A stretch of 61,403 bases of DNA, the filler included, from Sluysia triapertura (lineage: Eukaryota): the NCBI GenBank assembly GCA_046118255.1. It is 5 parts of 5 records of this genome, joined end to end, with 100 filler letters (N's around TTAATTAATTAA, not from the genome) between each part and the next. Parts side by side here need not be neighbours in the genome. Positions count along the whole stretch, not along the records: positions 26,582 to 37,514 come from JBJNIA010191329.1; positions 37,615 to 49,911 come from JBJNIA010122306.1; 3 more parts are not named here. The stretch is one strand, 5' to 3'. The stretch's first letter is position 1. Each line of letters starts with the position of its first letter. Below, one piece after another: positions 28,301-41,710 of the stretch. The notes beneath the pieces were generated by a model. The model was not told the origin of the DNA, did no database searches, and saw nothing but the letters and a program-made list of their open reading frames with translations. A program made the position numbers and the translations under genes.

Positions 28301-30219
28301 AGATTTTAAACGAAGTACTTTAGGCCGTAATAACGATAGAGATCTCAGAATTTATCAAGATACAGGCAACAGACTTAGTAGTGATATTAATAATAGTGAC
28401 CTACACGAAATGTACGTACCAAAATCAGTTATATACTACTCATCCATTGGTATATATTGCAATAATTATCATAATATTGCTCGTATTCATAATTATAATA
28501 ACATTAATTCTTTCAATCAACATATTTATTATTCTATTCGTTACCACATATTATCAACACTTCCAGCTTCACTCGGCTCGTCAGACAATGTTTGTCAATG
28601 TCAAAATTTACCAAATTATATGTGTCATTAATAAGCAATTTCATTCCCTTTATTTTTATTCTGAAATTTTTGTAAATAAAAGTTGTGTCGTATATAATAA
28701 ATTAACTAAAACATTTTGTGTTATTTACGAATTTAATTTTGATATAGTAAGGGTCCTTAAGACCCATTTTTATATTAAAGATTCGAGCAATCTTTAATAT
28801 TATCAAAAATTAAAAATTTTATTAATTGAAAGAAGTTTATATCAATGATTTTTGTTTTAATTTTAATAAACAATAAACTTTAATCCAACCATTTCAACTA
28901 CTTAAACTAAATGATGATTTGTTTAATCACCCTATATCAAAAGCTCATTTTAAATACAGGTATAAAAATTTAAAGGAGAATCAAAATTTATTTAGATTGT
29001 CAGGTCTCATTTTAAATAGACATTACGTTTATAGATGATTTTGAATTATAATTATTATAAGATACATTTAAAATATTATAAGTAATGTTAAAAGATTCAA
29101 CGATTTGCTTATCTCCATATTGCTTGGTAAGATTAATGCATTGCAAAATCCTGTGGACAAAGCCATTCTGTAAGTATTGGATCAAATACAAAGTCATTGA
29201 TTAATTATACATTTATCAAGGATCATCATTCAAGTATTATTTTAAATGTTTTAGGCTTTTAGAACTTCGGAATTGAAAGGTTTGTGCGTTAAGAATTCAA
29301 TAAAGTCATAGTATGGATCCAACTAAAGATGGCCAGAATAGTTTAATTCTATGCATGCAATAAACACTTTAAGTACGCTAGATGTATATATACATCATCA
29401 AGACTTTGGATCAGAAGGTATGATTCAAATACCAACATTTATATGGATTCATAGGACGAAGAATAGACATTGTTTACAGAGAAACGAGAACAAATATATG
29501 GAGAAGTTTTGAGAGTTTTATTTATTTGAGAGCATCGTGTTTCCCAGTGTTTATGTTCTAGCTCGAGCCAAGGTTTATTTGATGTTCGGAAAGAGTGCTT
29601 TTGAGATTGTTTAAAATGTATTTTGTGATATATTTTAAAATTAAGATAAGCTTTACTCGCTGAAGGAAGTGTGTGAATTTGAGAATCTACTTGCAAAATA
29701 AGATTTTCTGACAGTTTTAAACTTAGAATTAACGAGTTTACGACTACTTTGATGGACTTTTTCGAATTCCCTTTCTTCTCATAAACGATATCACTTCCTC
29801 GTCGGACAAGAGACATGGAGTTACAGTACTACATTGAATGCTTTTGTCGAGCAGATACACAGCAAACAGCCCTTGTCGATTCTAGAAACGATGAATCCAG
29901 AATCAGTGTCTTTACTATCTCTTCAATAAAAATAAAAGTAACAGTAACTTACTCTGACAAAATAAAATAAAACTTGTTATATTTAATTTCAAAACTACAA
30001 CTCTGAATCGAGTTTCTTAAATAAAATAGTATTTTGGGACATGTGGTGACAATACTCTGAAGGAATGTTAGTATGATAGAAGTGTGTGTGGTATGGAAAC
30101 AGTTTTAGATGTAAAATAAACGAAAATAGTCAATTTAAAGTACTAAGAACTCTGTCTCGCAGATTCTCGTATTCGTGAGTTAATCGAGTTGGATCTGACA
30201 TCATGTTCTGAATTCTTTT

Positions 30220-30634
30220 TTATGATGATGTAAGACTGGGTACGAACTGATACAGAGGAACTGCTGCAGTTAGAAGGACTGCTACATCACGACGCTCTAT
30301 TGCTTCACAAGCCTGAATTAACTTCTGCATACTGGCCTCTTTGCCAGCCCTCGCCATCCAGGCTGCTAGTGTAGCCGCTGTGGGACTAGAAGCGGTGTCC
30401 ATACGAGCCATGAGAGCTTTCTCCAGTCCCAGTTGTAAACCTAAAAGACACCAATCTCTTCCACAGGGGTCCGGAGGATCCATGAGACGACACAACCGTC
30501 TCAGAGCAGCAGACCGTAAATTAGACACATGCAGAGAAGGGCCTGGTCGTAACTGCTGCGCAGCCTGTTCTTCGTTGATGAATAATGCTTCTCGGAGATT
30601 CTTATTCATCAAGCCTGTGAGATTGTCGCTGCAT
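30220..30634 (-). CDS. DAPK1: DAPK1-like terminal exon (death domain)
   Basis: RRLCRLMDPPDPCGRDWCLLGLQLGL...IERRDVA matches the DAPK1 death domain (LDPPDPLGKDWCLLAMNLGL). AG acceptor 30635-30636, phase compatible, TAA stop at 30220. Confidence 0.9.
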
Positions 30635-30719
30635 CTGTTTTAAGGACAATGTTTATTAATAAATAAATAAATTTAATTAGAAAGAGTGTTTAGACGTATT
30701 AATCGAAAATACTGTTTCG

Positions 30720-31110
30720 TTATGGTCCATCAAAAGTGTCGTTTGGGAAAATGTGGCAGGAAGAAGAAAACATCAGTGAGAAGTGATAGATATTTGGTGA
30801 AACTTTCTACGATGAATCGTAAAGCTACCAGCTAGGAAGCAGTTAGAGACTTGCTGAATTGACGTTAGTTCTAGAACAGTCAGAAGAAGACTTGTAGACA
30901 ATGGTTTGCGAGCGAGACAACCCAGAAGAAAGGTTGATAAGTAAAAGGATGATCAGTAAACGGTTGGCATAGGCTAAGCAACACCAACATTTAACTAAGG
31001 ATGACCAGAGTCAAGAGTCGTCCTTTCAAGTACTGAATGATAAGAACACCTTTGTAAGAAGGATACCTACTGAGGTGTTGAATTTTAGTATAATAATTGG
31101 GCCACCACTA
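30720..31110 (+). mobile_element. Tc1-like transposon relic in DAPK1 intron
   Basis: GRKKKTSVRSDRYLVKLS...RTVRRRLVDNGLRARQPRRK (Tc1 GRPR motif and second HTH); ends in TIR-like TTGGGCCACCACT-ATA. Confidence 0.75.
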
Positions 31111-33522
31111 TATTTTATCCAATTATAATTTAAAAAATAATTTGTTTTATTTCGCAACCACTTAAAAAAGGAATGAAATGCACGATTATATTTTATTAAT
31201 AATAATGACCAATAATAATAAAGACCAATAGCATCTACGAAATAAGTAATAAGTATTTAGAGTTAAGACATGTTGTTAGACTTCATAAAATTGACTGATC
31301 GGGAATCGAAACCAGGACTTAATAAATAATACTACCTCTGTTCAAATACTGTGTTTATCTCATTTGACTTTTGTTGCTAACTTAACAATATAATAAGATG
31401 ATAATGAGTTATTTGTTAACGAACAATAGAGAATCATAAAATAATAAAATAATTTTACAAATATAATTTCTGAAATTTGTAATTTGTGGCTGTGTACCAA
31501 CAGATAACCCGGTGTTATTTTTTAAGTCCAAATAACTTTAAATTATGGAAATCAAACGTTCTGGAGTAAATTCAGAAATTTAAGTGACGAGAAGAGAAAT
31601 ACCATCCTGCAAACACAATAGGAAATTGCCAAAGGAACTAGCAATTTTGGAAGCAATTGAAACTGCGCGCAATGTATTACGAGATATGTAATAATAATAT
31701 AATTTCTACTAAAATATTTTCATAAATAAAAAACGCGAAATTGATGTTTATATATAAAACTAACGAGACAATCATTTTTGAATGGAGGTAGTATTTTATT
31801 TAAATATATATTAAATAAATATTTATATCACATAATAGAATAGGTCATTATTATTATTTACATCATTATTTTTAAAAGTTAATTTCCTGTAAAGAGAAAT
31901 TGCATAAATATAATCAATTATGAATCACGGTCAAACTGGCTATGTTAATATATGAGGGTTACAGCTGATGGTATAAGAATAAAGTAAACATTATTGAAGA
32001 AATAATATAAAATAATATAAATGTGTTTATAAAATATTTAAATCAAAAAATAAAGAAAAATGCGAAGAAAGAACCAATTGTAATATGATAAAATAACGTT
32101 ATAATTATTGTGCAATATTTAATTTTATTAGTATTCCTAATGTTGAAATATTTTCGTTATTTTAATTAGTTTTTGTAATATAAAATTAAATTTAAATATG
32201 TTTAAAGTTTAAGTATAATTAAAGTATATATTAATCGATGCTCACTAAAATACCAATTAGGTATGTTATTGAAATCTACGGTTGATGCATGACGTATTGT
32301 ACAATATGCTCCGTAAACTTTATTTTTGGCGTCCCCAACTTAATAAAAAATCATAACGCCACTATAAAAAAAATTCATAAATAAACACCTGTACAATAAC
32401 AAAATGTATTTTGCTGTTTCTTATAAATTAAATATTATGAAAACAGTTCTAATCCTTTAGCAAAAATAAAGAAAAATTAACAAAATTAAATTTTAAATCT
32501 TTATATCAAAAAGGAAATATTATGTTTGTTAATATTTCAATTCTTGAAATATTAATATTTTTTATACGTCGCTGTTATTTAATAGCTGCTAGTTCGCGAT
32601 TGTGATAGCAGTGTCTGCTAACGTTATTTTTAATTAACAGCTAAAAAATAGCAGAATATCAAATAGCATAACATTTCTAGTGCACATGTATAATTGCTTT
32701 ATGAATTTGTAAGTATATTTGCTTTGAAATGTTATTCTTGTTGATTGTTCTACATCAATAACGTAAATTAAGGAATTACTTGAATTGGTAAAAAACAACA
32801 AAGAAAAAACAAAACTTTGTAAAATCTAACAATTTTAAAATTTTTAGCAACCAAAATTATTATCACGCACCTTTTGTCCTAGAGAAAGAAATTTGATATT
32901 TAATTAGTTCTATTTATTTTAATTCTACATATTATTTTAATATCAAAATATTAGTGTAATACTGTTATTAAATTTTGATTGTGTTATGTTTATAGGATAA
33001 GTGGGTTGTTTACTTATTGAAATTGGTTGACTTGTGACCGACTAAAGTGAATATTCATTATTTCCATTTTCCTATGCAACTACTAAAAATTGTAATAAAA
33101 TTAGTCAGAAGAAAAATGTAAAGAAAGTTTCATTTCCATTTATGATAAACACTGTGCTTGAGGATTTATCTTTAGCAATCGTCACAGTCTCTTAAGAAAT
33201 ATTACGATTGTTGCGGTTAGTGATACACGTTTCTTTTTTATTTTGAAATCTTTTTATTGGCCGATTTTCTATTGGTATTGTAAAATAATTGATAGTTTGT
33301 TGTTTCTGTGATATTTAAAATATATCGATATTACGAGTTAATTTAATTGTTGAGTTTTCGTTGGATATTTTGAATAAAGGCACGACACAATCATTCATAA
33401 CGTAAAGAATCGATTTCATTTACAAGTTTACTAATCCTTACGCTACTATCAAAAAATGTTATATTCTGTACATTCGCCATGAAAGATCCTAGAAGCAAGA
33501 AATTATTCAATGATAGACAAAC

Positions 33523-34307
33523 CCGTCCTCCAGAATTGCTCGAGCAACTTCTCCTTGCGAATACAAGTCGAACTTGCGGCTCTGCAGAGTGTCCTGTGTG
33601 ATGTGGCCCATGCAGAATATTTCGTAGTCCATGTTAGAACACATCTCACTAATGGTTTGAGTGACCACATTCACAGTGTCTTGAAAAAAACCAAACAAAA
33701 CCAAAAGAGAGTTCGTGGACAAACTCGATCCAGAAAAACCTTTCACCTCGATTACTCGTCCATTATTCTCCAGGGTCAGCAGAACGGCAATGTCTGGATT
33801 GGCACACATTAACATGGATCCACGAAACCACTGATCCAATGTCGCATGGGGTCCTTCGTCGCTTTGTTCTACAACGCTGTGTCGAAGTTGTGCCTGAATA
33901 CGAGGAATCAAATGAACTGCATGACCAGCCCCCATTAGAATCTGAAGACCAATCCATCTCCCATTATTCGAGCTGAAATACTGATCCAAATTTGGAGATT
34001 CTACGAAGTTTAAACATGGAATTTCATACTGAAATTGGGAGTTATCATCTTCGTTCTCATTATTCTCGTCGTCCAATGACTCAACAGGAACCTCCACACA
34101 AAGTTCCAGAGCTGATAATAATTGCAAAAACGAATCTGGTTCCCTCACACCGAGCATTACTTCAATCTCATCACGAGTAAAACTTCCTGTGACACGTGCC
34201 GAACTTATATTATCGAAGGAAAGCAAGTAACCAATCACATCACTGCATAACCAATTCGGACTGAGTACGATTATATCAGGTTCACTTTCGGTATCCAAGT
34301 AGATCAA
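33523..34307 (-). CDS. DAPK1: DAPK1-like exon (COR domain)
   Basis: LIYLDTESEPDIIVLSPNWLCSDVIGYLLS...LLSALELC...PRIQAQLR. AG acceptor 34308-34309; GTTTGT donor at 33522 gives phase 2, matching the death-domain exon. Confidence 0.9.
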
Positions 34308-34733
34308 CTGAATTAATTGAACAGTTAATTCTAAATGAAATGCAACTTATTCGAACATACTGACTGAACATCACGAAGAACCGCGTTACGAGGATTTACT
34401 AGAGTGAATACACTTAATGAATTTTCAAGATAAATAGTCGGAGTTCCTAAATAATCTCAGATAATGGAAATGTAAGAAGAAATCCCAAGTTATTATTGTT
34501 ATTATTGTTTTATTTCGGGGAGGATACATAATACGAATTGAGAAATTTGATGATTTATGAAATTAATCAAAGATTACGAAACAAGAGATTCGTAAATCTT
34601 ACAAGGGTCTAATGAAGAAGATAGAGTTTTTCCTAGAGCTTGTCTTTATGTGTGTGAAGAGTGATGTAAGGGAGCATCTATCAGCATCTTATTTCAATTT
34701 AATAATGTAAATATTGATAGTCCAGGTACGTAC

Positions 34734-34919
34734 TTCTCCCATATATTGAAGTTGTTGAACCAAGTCTTTCAAATGATCTTCATTGCACAGAGGATTGACT
34801 TTGGACCTGACTCGCTCCACAAATTGCTGCCACGACACACAAGGGAAATCCTGACTTGGAATAAGTTCGTGGATCTTAGAAGCAGTTGTGTCAACCAGAA
34901 GATTGGAGCTTGGAAGTCT
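34734..34919 (-). CDS. DAPK1: DAPK1-like exon (ROC/COR junction)
   Basis: RLPSSNLL...SWQQFVERVRSKVNPLCNEDHLKDLVQQLQYMGE, like DAPK1 QQFVYDVQDQLNPLASEEDLRRIAQQLHSTGE; 186 nt, phase 0/0, canonical AG/GT. Confidence 0.9.
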
Positions 34920-35199
34920 CTGAAATACGAAAACATCAAATTAATAATAACGATATATTTAATAGAAATATGGTATACATTTATGAAACAAATAAAATAA
35001 AACTTAAATTTAACATAAAAAAATTATATTATATACATTTTTTAACAAAATATAATTAAATACAAATTTAATTAAAACAAAATAAATATTTTTCAGCTTA
35101 TCATTCTCGCGACGAAGTTTTGTCTTATTTATATGAGGAAGTTTATAAGAATTTCACCTCTGTTAATATAATCGATTCCATATTAATTATGCATTCTTT

Positions 35200-35420
35200 A
35201 TTTTAGCTAAATTTTCCGCATTTATTTTTCTTTTTGAAGAAACATCGGCACATATTTTACATTCTCTGTATTGAGCATGTGTTGTATGCCAAATTCTACT
35301 TACGTTCAGACGGGTTACTAGAAATACAGCTGCAACTTCATTGATTGCACCTGCAGTATATTTTCTAAGGTATGACGTTCATTTTAAGTTTATCAATTTT
35401 CTTCGGAATTTTCCATTTTC
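35200..35420 (-). mobile_element. Mariner-like transposase N-terminal HTH relic
   Basis: GAINEVAAVFLVTRLNVSRIW...DVSSKRKNKCGK resembles the HTH plus xxKxxCGRK linker of mariner-like transposases. Confidence 0.45.
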
Positions 35421-35608
35421 TTATTTGATTTATCGTAATAAAGCTCTTACTATAAGTAGCTCTTACAACACCTGTCAATTATGTTATGTTATGTGACATT
35501 CAATGCTTACAATACTAATTTAATGAATATTGCTATGTGTTTCGATATTCTCGATAATTTACGATTTTTTTGAAATGTATACCATACTTGATATATTAGA
35601 GAACTAAC

Positions 35609-35723
35609 AGCTACAATCTCAGATCGGTAATTAATGAGGACTGTTCGTAGATGTTTTATTTCTGGAGACACTTTATTGGAGCTATCCACATAAACTATAT
35701 CAGAATGGATGTCGAGATTCAAC
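35609..35723 (-). CDS. DAPK1: DAPK1-like exon (ROC C-terminal part)
   Basis: LNLDIHSDIVYVDSSNKVSPEIKHLRTVLINYRSEIVA; AG acceptor 35724-35725, GTTAGT donor; phases compatible on both sides. Confidence 0.8.
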
Positions 35724-35752
35724 CTGAATTATTAACAGAATATTTATTTCAG

Positions 35753-35985
35753 CATTATCATCATTATTATTATCATCATCATTATCATTACGCCCATTAT
35801 TATTATCAGAATTATCATCATCATCACAATCATCTTCATCATCTTCATTATTATTATTATTATCATTATCATTATTCTCATCATGATCACCACCATTATT
35901 ATCGTCATCATCACCATCATCATTATTATTATCATTATCATCATACCCATCCTAACCATTATCATCGTCATCATTATTAATATTA
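35753..35985. repeat. Degenerate (CAT/TAT)n trinucleotide microsatellite in DAPK1 intron
   Basis: Directly visible; produces the spurious His/Tyr-rich and Met/Ile-rich ORFs. Confidence 0.9.
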
Positions 35986-36005
35986 TACTTATTTTGCAAA
36001 CTCAC

Positions 36006-36195
36006 TGAAGGTCTGATTGAAGCTGTTGAAACATACTCGAAATGACTGGATTGTGTATAATTCCTGACATATTACGCTCTCCACCAATTATATTACTGTG
36101 AGTACCTACCACAACAACCTTGGCAACACATGACGCATTGGAATTAGCAGATTTGTGGAACTTTTCACTACCACTATGATGTCTTGTGTATGCAT
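36006..36195 (-). CDS. DAPK1: DAPK1-like exon (ROC domain, G4 region)
   Basis: AKVVVVGTHSNI corresponds to the ROC VVLVATHAD motif; TTTTTCAG acceptor and GTGAGT donor; phase 2 joins the next exon as DLQ|LNLD. Confidence 0.75.
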
Positions 36196-37514
36196 CTGAA
36201 AAATGAACACTTTTAATGAATGTTATTATGCAAAAGATGGTTTTGGTGTTACCTGCAATGTCCTGCAATTATAAAAAAATTAATTTTAAACGGTAATTAA
36301 ATTATCAGACTTAATTAAAAATAAACAATAATCAAGATTATTTTAAAATAAATAAAAAACAATTAAAAGACAATTAAACAAATTACAAAATAAACAAAAT
36401 TCAATTATGAAGTTAACAGAACAAATAGGAACTACATTATTATTTAAGGAAGAACAAATTTGATACAAAACATATAAATATGTCAAGATATCGTCAAGCT
36501 AGATTTTCAGATTTTCTACTGTTCTAAACAAACAAGCGAGTTACTTATATTATCAATTCCATAACGATTTGTCGTAGATAATGAGCAGTTATTACTATAC
36601 TGATCCACAAGATTGCGGAAACAACATTTAATTTTTTGTTAATTGTAAACTTACTGTAGAGTTAAAATTGACATAAACAGCTAATCATTTTCCACAATTA
36701 GTTTAAACTTATCATAAAAACTATATTAAAATATTTTGTGTGCAATAAATTATTTTTATTATCTTAATTGAATTTAGTAATTTACTCGTGTAAAGTTTTG
36801 TGCAATAAACTTTACGAGTTTAGAAATTTTGATTTAGCAGAAAACGGTAAACTAGGTAAAAAGAGTTTCAAAAGGTTTTGTTGGCCTATCTATACATACG
36901 TCTCCTAATAGGTGCAAAACGTATAGTATAGACGAACCCGCTATAATATTTTGCATAACAAATTTTTGATGAAATGCGTATGAAGTACAGAATATGATTA
37001 TTATTGTAATTTGAATTAGTTTAGAGAGTTCTGATTTATTTAGTGTATTATTGGTTAGAGTGGGTAATATACGAAATTAGGATTTGGTGTTAATTGGAAA
37101 AGAATATTTTAGTTTTTGAATTATATGTTTATTGTATTTGCACAGAGTTTTATTTTAAGTGGTCGAAGTCGATTTTAATGGTTAGTTAATCAGAAAAATG
37201 AGTTGCGTGTCACTACAACATCTGTTGTGATCTGCTATCTCTTATATAATTTATACAAGAATTTGATATATAATTTTTATACTCCACGGTTATCATGCTT
37301 ATGTCTGCGACGGTTCTATGATACTGAATCTTGTATCAATAACAATTACACGGTTTAAGAATTGTATAACCGTCAGAAGAAATCTCAATCTCCGAATAGT
37401 ACCAACTAATCTTGTAATGATGTTGTTTCTCACCGTTATTAATGATAGAAAATCATCAACATCAGAAACCGTATATATATTTAAGAATAATAGATAATTG
37501 TATTTATATCCTTA

Positions 37515-37614
37515 NNNNNNNNNNNNNNNNNNNNNNNNNNNNNNNNNNNNNNNNNNNNTTAATTAATTAANNNNNNNNNNNNNNNNNNNNNNNNNNNNNN
37601 NNNNNNNNNNNNNN
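37515..37614. other. Artificial contig-joining linker
   Basis: 44 N + TTAATTAATTAA + 44 N. Confidence 0.97.

Positions 37615-37685
<71 letters not shown>
37615..37685. repeat. (AAT)n microsatellite at contig end
   Basis: Perfect ATA repeat directly after the linker. Confidence 0.95.
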
Positions 37686-37687
<2 letters not shown>

Positions 37688-40600
37688 GCTATATTAATAA
37701 AATAGTGCATATAAAATTGTTATATTACTACATAAATTATAAACTGTTTGAATAGAACTTTAAACAATAAATGTTTAATATATTTATAACATAATATAAT
37801 GATAAGAATTAAAATACAATTAAAACTAATTATAAGAATTTTTATACCAATTACAATATTAATAACAATTATTTCCTAAATTATGATTATGATTATTATT
37901 ATTGTTGTTGTTGTTGTTAATGGAATAATAGTCAATTCCCTTGGTGACTTTTTGACATAAATACAAAATCTCTTATGAGATATTAACTTTGTAAATCAAC
38001 TTTAAATAAAAAATTTTCAATTTGGAACAAATTTGTGCAATTTTTACTTTCGAACAAAAAAACCTCGAACTTTTGATGGTAAGTTTTTATAAAGTAAAGT
38101 TTATATAACTAGCGCTATTTTTTACGTTCTAACAAAATTTAAAACTAACATATTTTGATCTATACAAAATAAATTTATTTAGTATCTAAAATAAATAAAT
38201 TTCTTAGAGATACTCAAATATTTTTAAAATACACACCACTGACATTTAAATTTAAAAAATATAGTATATTTCGATGTTTTTTTAAAAATATATTTTTCAT
38301 ATAATTCTCATTTTATTTTAATGTCGAAATAAGTGTATTTTATGATTTTTTTATTTTATTACAATGTTAAATTTAAATTTTTTAGCAATTCATAACTATT
38401 TTATGCAAGTCCAAAAATATATCTAGTACTTTATATAAAAATGTATTCAACAAAACAGAACTTTGTATCGAATAAACAAAACTGGTAATTCAAGTTATTA
38501 TTCGAATATTAATATTTTAATAAAAGAAAAAGAAAATTATATATATTCAAATCAAATTACGACCACAAAAATTTTATATTATTGCAATAATTTATTTAGT
38601 AATCGATTAACCATTAAAGTTTAATTTTTAGAATTATTAGTGAATAATTAGTTATGTGATTATTTAGTTTTAATATTAAACAGATCAAGAGATTTTGAGT
38701 GTTCTGTATAGCAGACACCTCTTGAACCTGCGCCAACAGATTTGCTGAAGTGTTACCGTCTGTATTATTATTGTTTCTTTCTTGGAAATCTTATTCAAAT
38801 TTGATGAAAAATTAACTTTTTAGTACCTATTCATGAACTACAAAGTTCAAATTAAATGAATGAGATGTCCAAATAAAAATGTTATACCTACCATTGGAAA
38901 CTTTTTGAACCTTATACATAATATCTAATTATTAAAATAATGTTAGAGAAATTATTAACATGAAACATTTAGTTAATGAAATAATTATCATTTTTTCATT
39001 AGTAAACAAAAGTTGTATTCAACAAATGTGAAGTTATTTAATTTTTGATATAAAAGATAATTTTTTTATTCAATGTATTTTTTCTTCCTGACTTTAAATT
39101 CTGTATTAGTCTAATGGGGTCAGGTTTTCCACTTAATTCTTACATTCAATTTCAATGACTTAAGAGAATTTCATTGCAAATTATTTAGATGTCAGTCTAG
39201 AATTATAATTAATCGCACTGGTTATTTTTCTTTTATGATTTTTTTGTCTCATAATTTATAGAATTATTGTCAAAAAACTGCACATCCATTTTGTTTTTTT
39301 AAGATTCATCAATGTAGTTTTTTACTTTATCAATTTTATAAAAATTGTGTTTCACTTAAACTATTATAATTCATGTTATCGATTTTGCATAAAATTTCAC
39401 ATTTCATAAATAACTACAAATTTAATTATTAAAATAAAAATTTATGTATACAATTTCAATCAATACAAACAAATTAAACATTACTGAAGCTACGTTTATA
39501 TAAACAATTATTATAAATTAATTGTAACTATCATTTGCAGACAACTAATCTAAATTTATATAATTTAATACTTCAATAAATAAAGCTTTTAGTTAAACGA
39601 AAACCAATAATTGGTCAATAACAGTTGAATTTATTCATAGTTGAAATTGAATGTCTCTGAATGCACGCAGTATAAATGTCATTGAAACTTAAGATAAACT
39701 ATTAAGTATTATGTTTAAATATGTAAATAAAATGTAATATAAAAATTAAATTTAATTAAAATATAAAAAACATTACATACAATTGAAAAGCTTTGCTTAA
39801 ATTTTATGTTTTAAAAAGTTAATCGTAAAAATATTACTGAAAAAAGTAAATAAACATAACCACACATCATATAATGAATGAACAATAAAATTGTTAATGC
39901 ACGTAATTTTCAAATTGCAATAAATGTTTTATAATAAAATATTAAGATTTTAAAACGTGCCACAATATAAAAAACATGGCTTCGTTTAGTATTTAGCATT
40001 TAGCACAACTGTTAATACCAGTCACGTTTTCCATTAGAATTGAAAATTAGTAACATTTTATTTTCATACAACAATTTACTTTTTTATTATTATGTTTGAG
40101 ATTAATATCAATTAAATGAGATGAAGAAACTAAATCTAAACAAATACAAATTGTCAATACTTCAAAGTCAAATCTGTAAAAAAAACTCTAAAACTATTCA
40201 GTATAAATGAAATTTTAAATCAAAATGGTTTATTATTTGATTTAATTTAAAAATCCATTACTGTTCTTTGTGGTGATTAAAAATATTAAAAAGTAAAAAA
40301 ACCTAAAATTTTTTATTTACGTAAACCAAATTAATATATGAAACCACAAGTTTTGTTTATTTTTTACATTATAAATATACAGTACGTCTAAGTGTAAGTT
40401 TCGTGCTTAAACGCTTAAATGTCTTACTTAAATCTGTTATTTTCACTTTTTATACTTTGTGCTCATTTTTATATTAACTGTTTTTCAGTATACATTACAA
40501 AAATAATTTTGAAATATAGCAAACATAATTGAAACTCCAATTAAAATGATTAAAACATATCGTAACAAATATTTAAAATTAATAAATTATATAATAAACC

Positions 40601-41244
40601 CAAAACTTTAACGTTTATATTTCTAATTGAAATAGTTCATAAAATTAATTTTTTCTTATTTTAATTCGTCTTTATTAAAACATTGTTTTCTTGCATACAT
40701 TTACTATCATATTTATCAAGAATTTGAGCTGGTCATCAAATATTATTAAAATTTAAATTACTTAGCCGTTTTTAACACAATTAGATTTACCGAATCTGCA
40801 ATTACATGTTCAAATAAATTTGGTCGAATTTGATAATATTCAGATGTTCATCTAATAAGAAACTATTGCTCTTTGAATTGTAGCTAGCTTTCTAACTCAT
40901 CAGAATTCTTCCATATTAATGTTGCTTGATTAATTTATGTCTTTTATCCATTAGTTAAACAATATGAATCATAAGACTTCCTACTCTGAAAAATTGCAGT
41001 TTTAAATTCACCGCATGTAATAAGTAATGTTGACAAAATTCGTTTTATTATTCATATTAAACATATTTTCAAAAGTTTTCCAACATTATCTTATGTTTTT
41101 TATAAATTATTCAGTATAATTTGAGTTGTTGCTATAGCATTACATACACATTTGATATATTTACATGTACATAGTTTGTCGATGTACAATTCAGTTTGTA
41201 CAATTTGCCATAAATTCAATTTTTATTCATCTAAATTTTTTTCG

Positions 41245-41710
41245 TCCGATACATAGTGAAAAAATCGTCAAACATAACCCAATATTACAATCATTACACA
41301 TATATCTAGTCTTCATCAATACAAACTTATTGAGGGTTTCTTGTAAGGCCAGGAACAGAAATTAATGATGGAATGTCTACGACTCAATCTAAATGTTTTT
41401 CAGAAGGTGATCTTCATCGCAATATTTCTCTTTGGCTGTCAAACTTTCTTGAGATCCATAAGTGAAAGATTTCCCGAATTTCGTATCTTGTAAAGGCAAT
41501 ATGCATTGATGAGAGAAAGATCCAGAATGTAAAAAGTTTTTTTATACCATTTGACTATTTTTCTGACTTTTTATCCTTTTCTTTCGCACAACAAATTTAT
41601 TCTTCTAGGGAATACAACATATTGATATGAAGATATCTAAAAAATTCCTATTGGATGACGAATGATCGTTCAAAAACTACCAGATAGGCTTCCCGCCATG
41701 AAATGGTTAA
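41245..41710 (-). mobile_element. piggyBac transposon relic (transposase C-terminus)
   Basis: VRKIVKWYKK..FYILDLSLINAYCLYK and TRYMCNDCNIGLCL (C-terminal Cys-rich domain) are piggyBac/PGBD4-type motifs; TTAA-CCATTT candidate terminus at 41701-41710. Confidence 0.75.

Noticed and set aside
29439-29816. 125-aa minus-strand ORF downstream of the DAPK1 stop
   Set aside because: No motif and no convincing splice context; may be 3' UTR or repeat
30341-34180. Plus-strand ORFs 30341-30643, 33510-33812 and 33992-34180
   Set aside because: Antisense shadows of DAPK1-like exons
35651-35980. His/Tyr-rich 109-aa ORF and antisense Met/Ile-rich ORF
   Set aside because: Translation of an intronic CAT/TAT microsatellite
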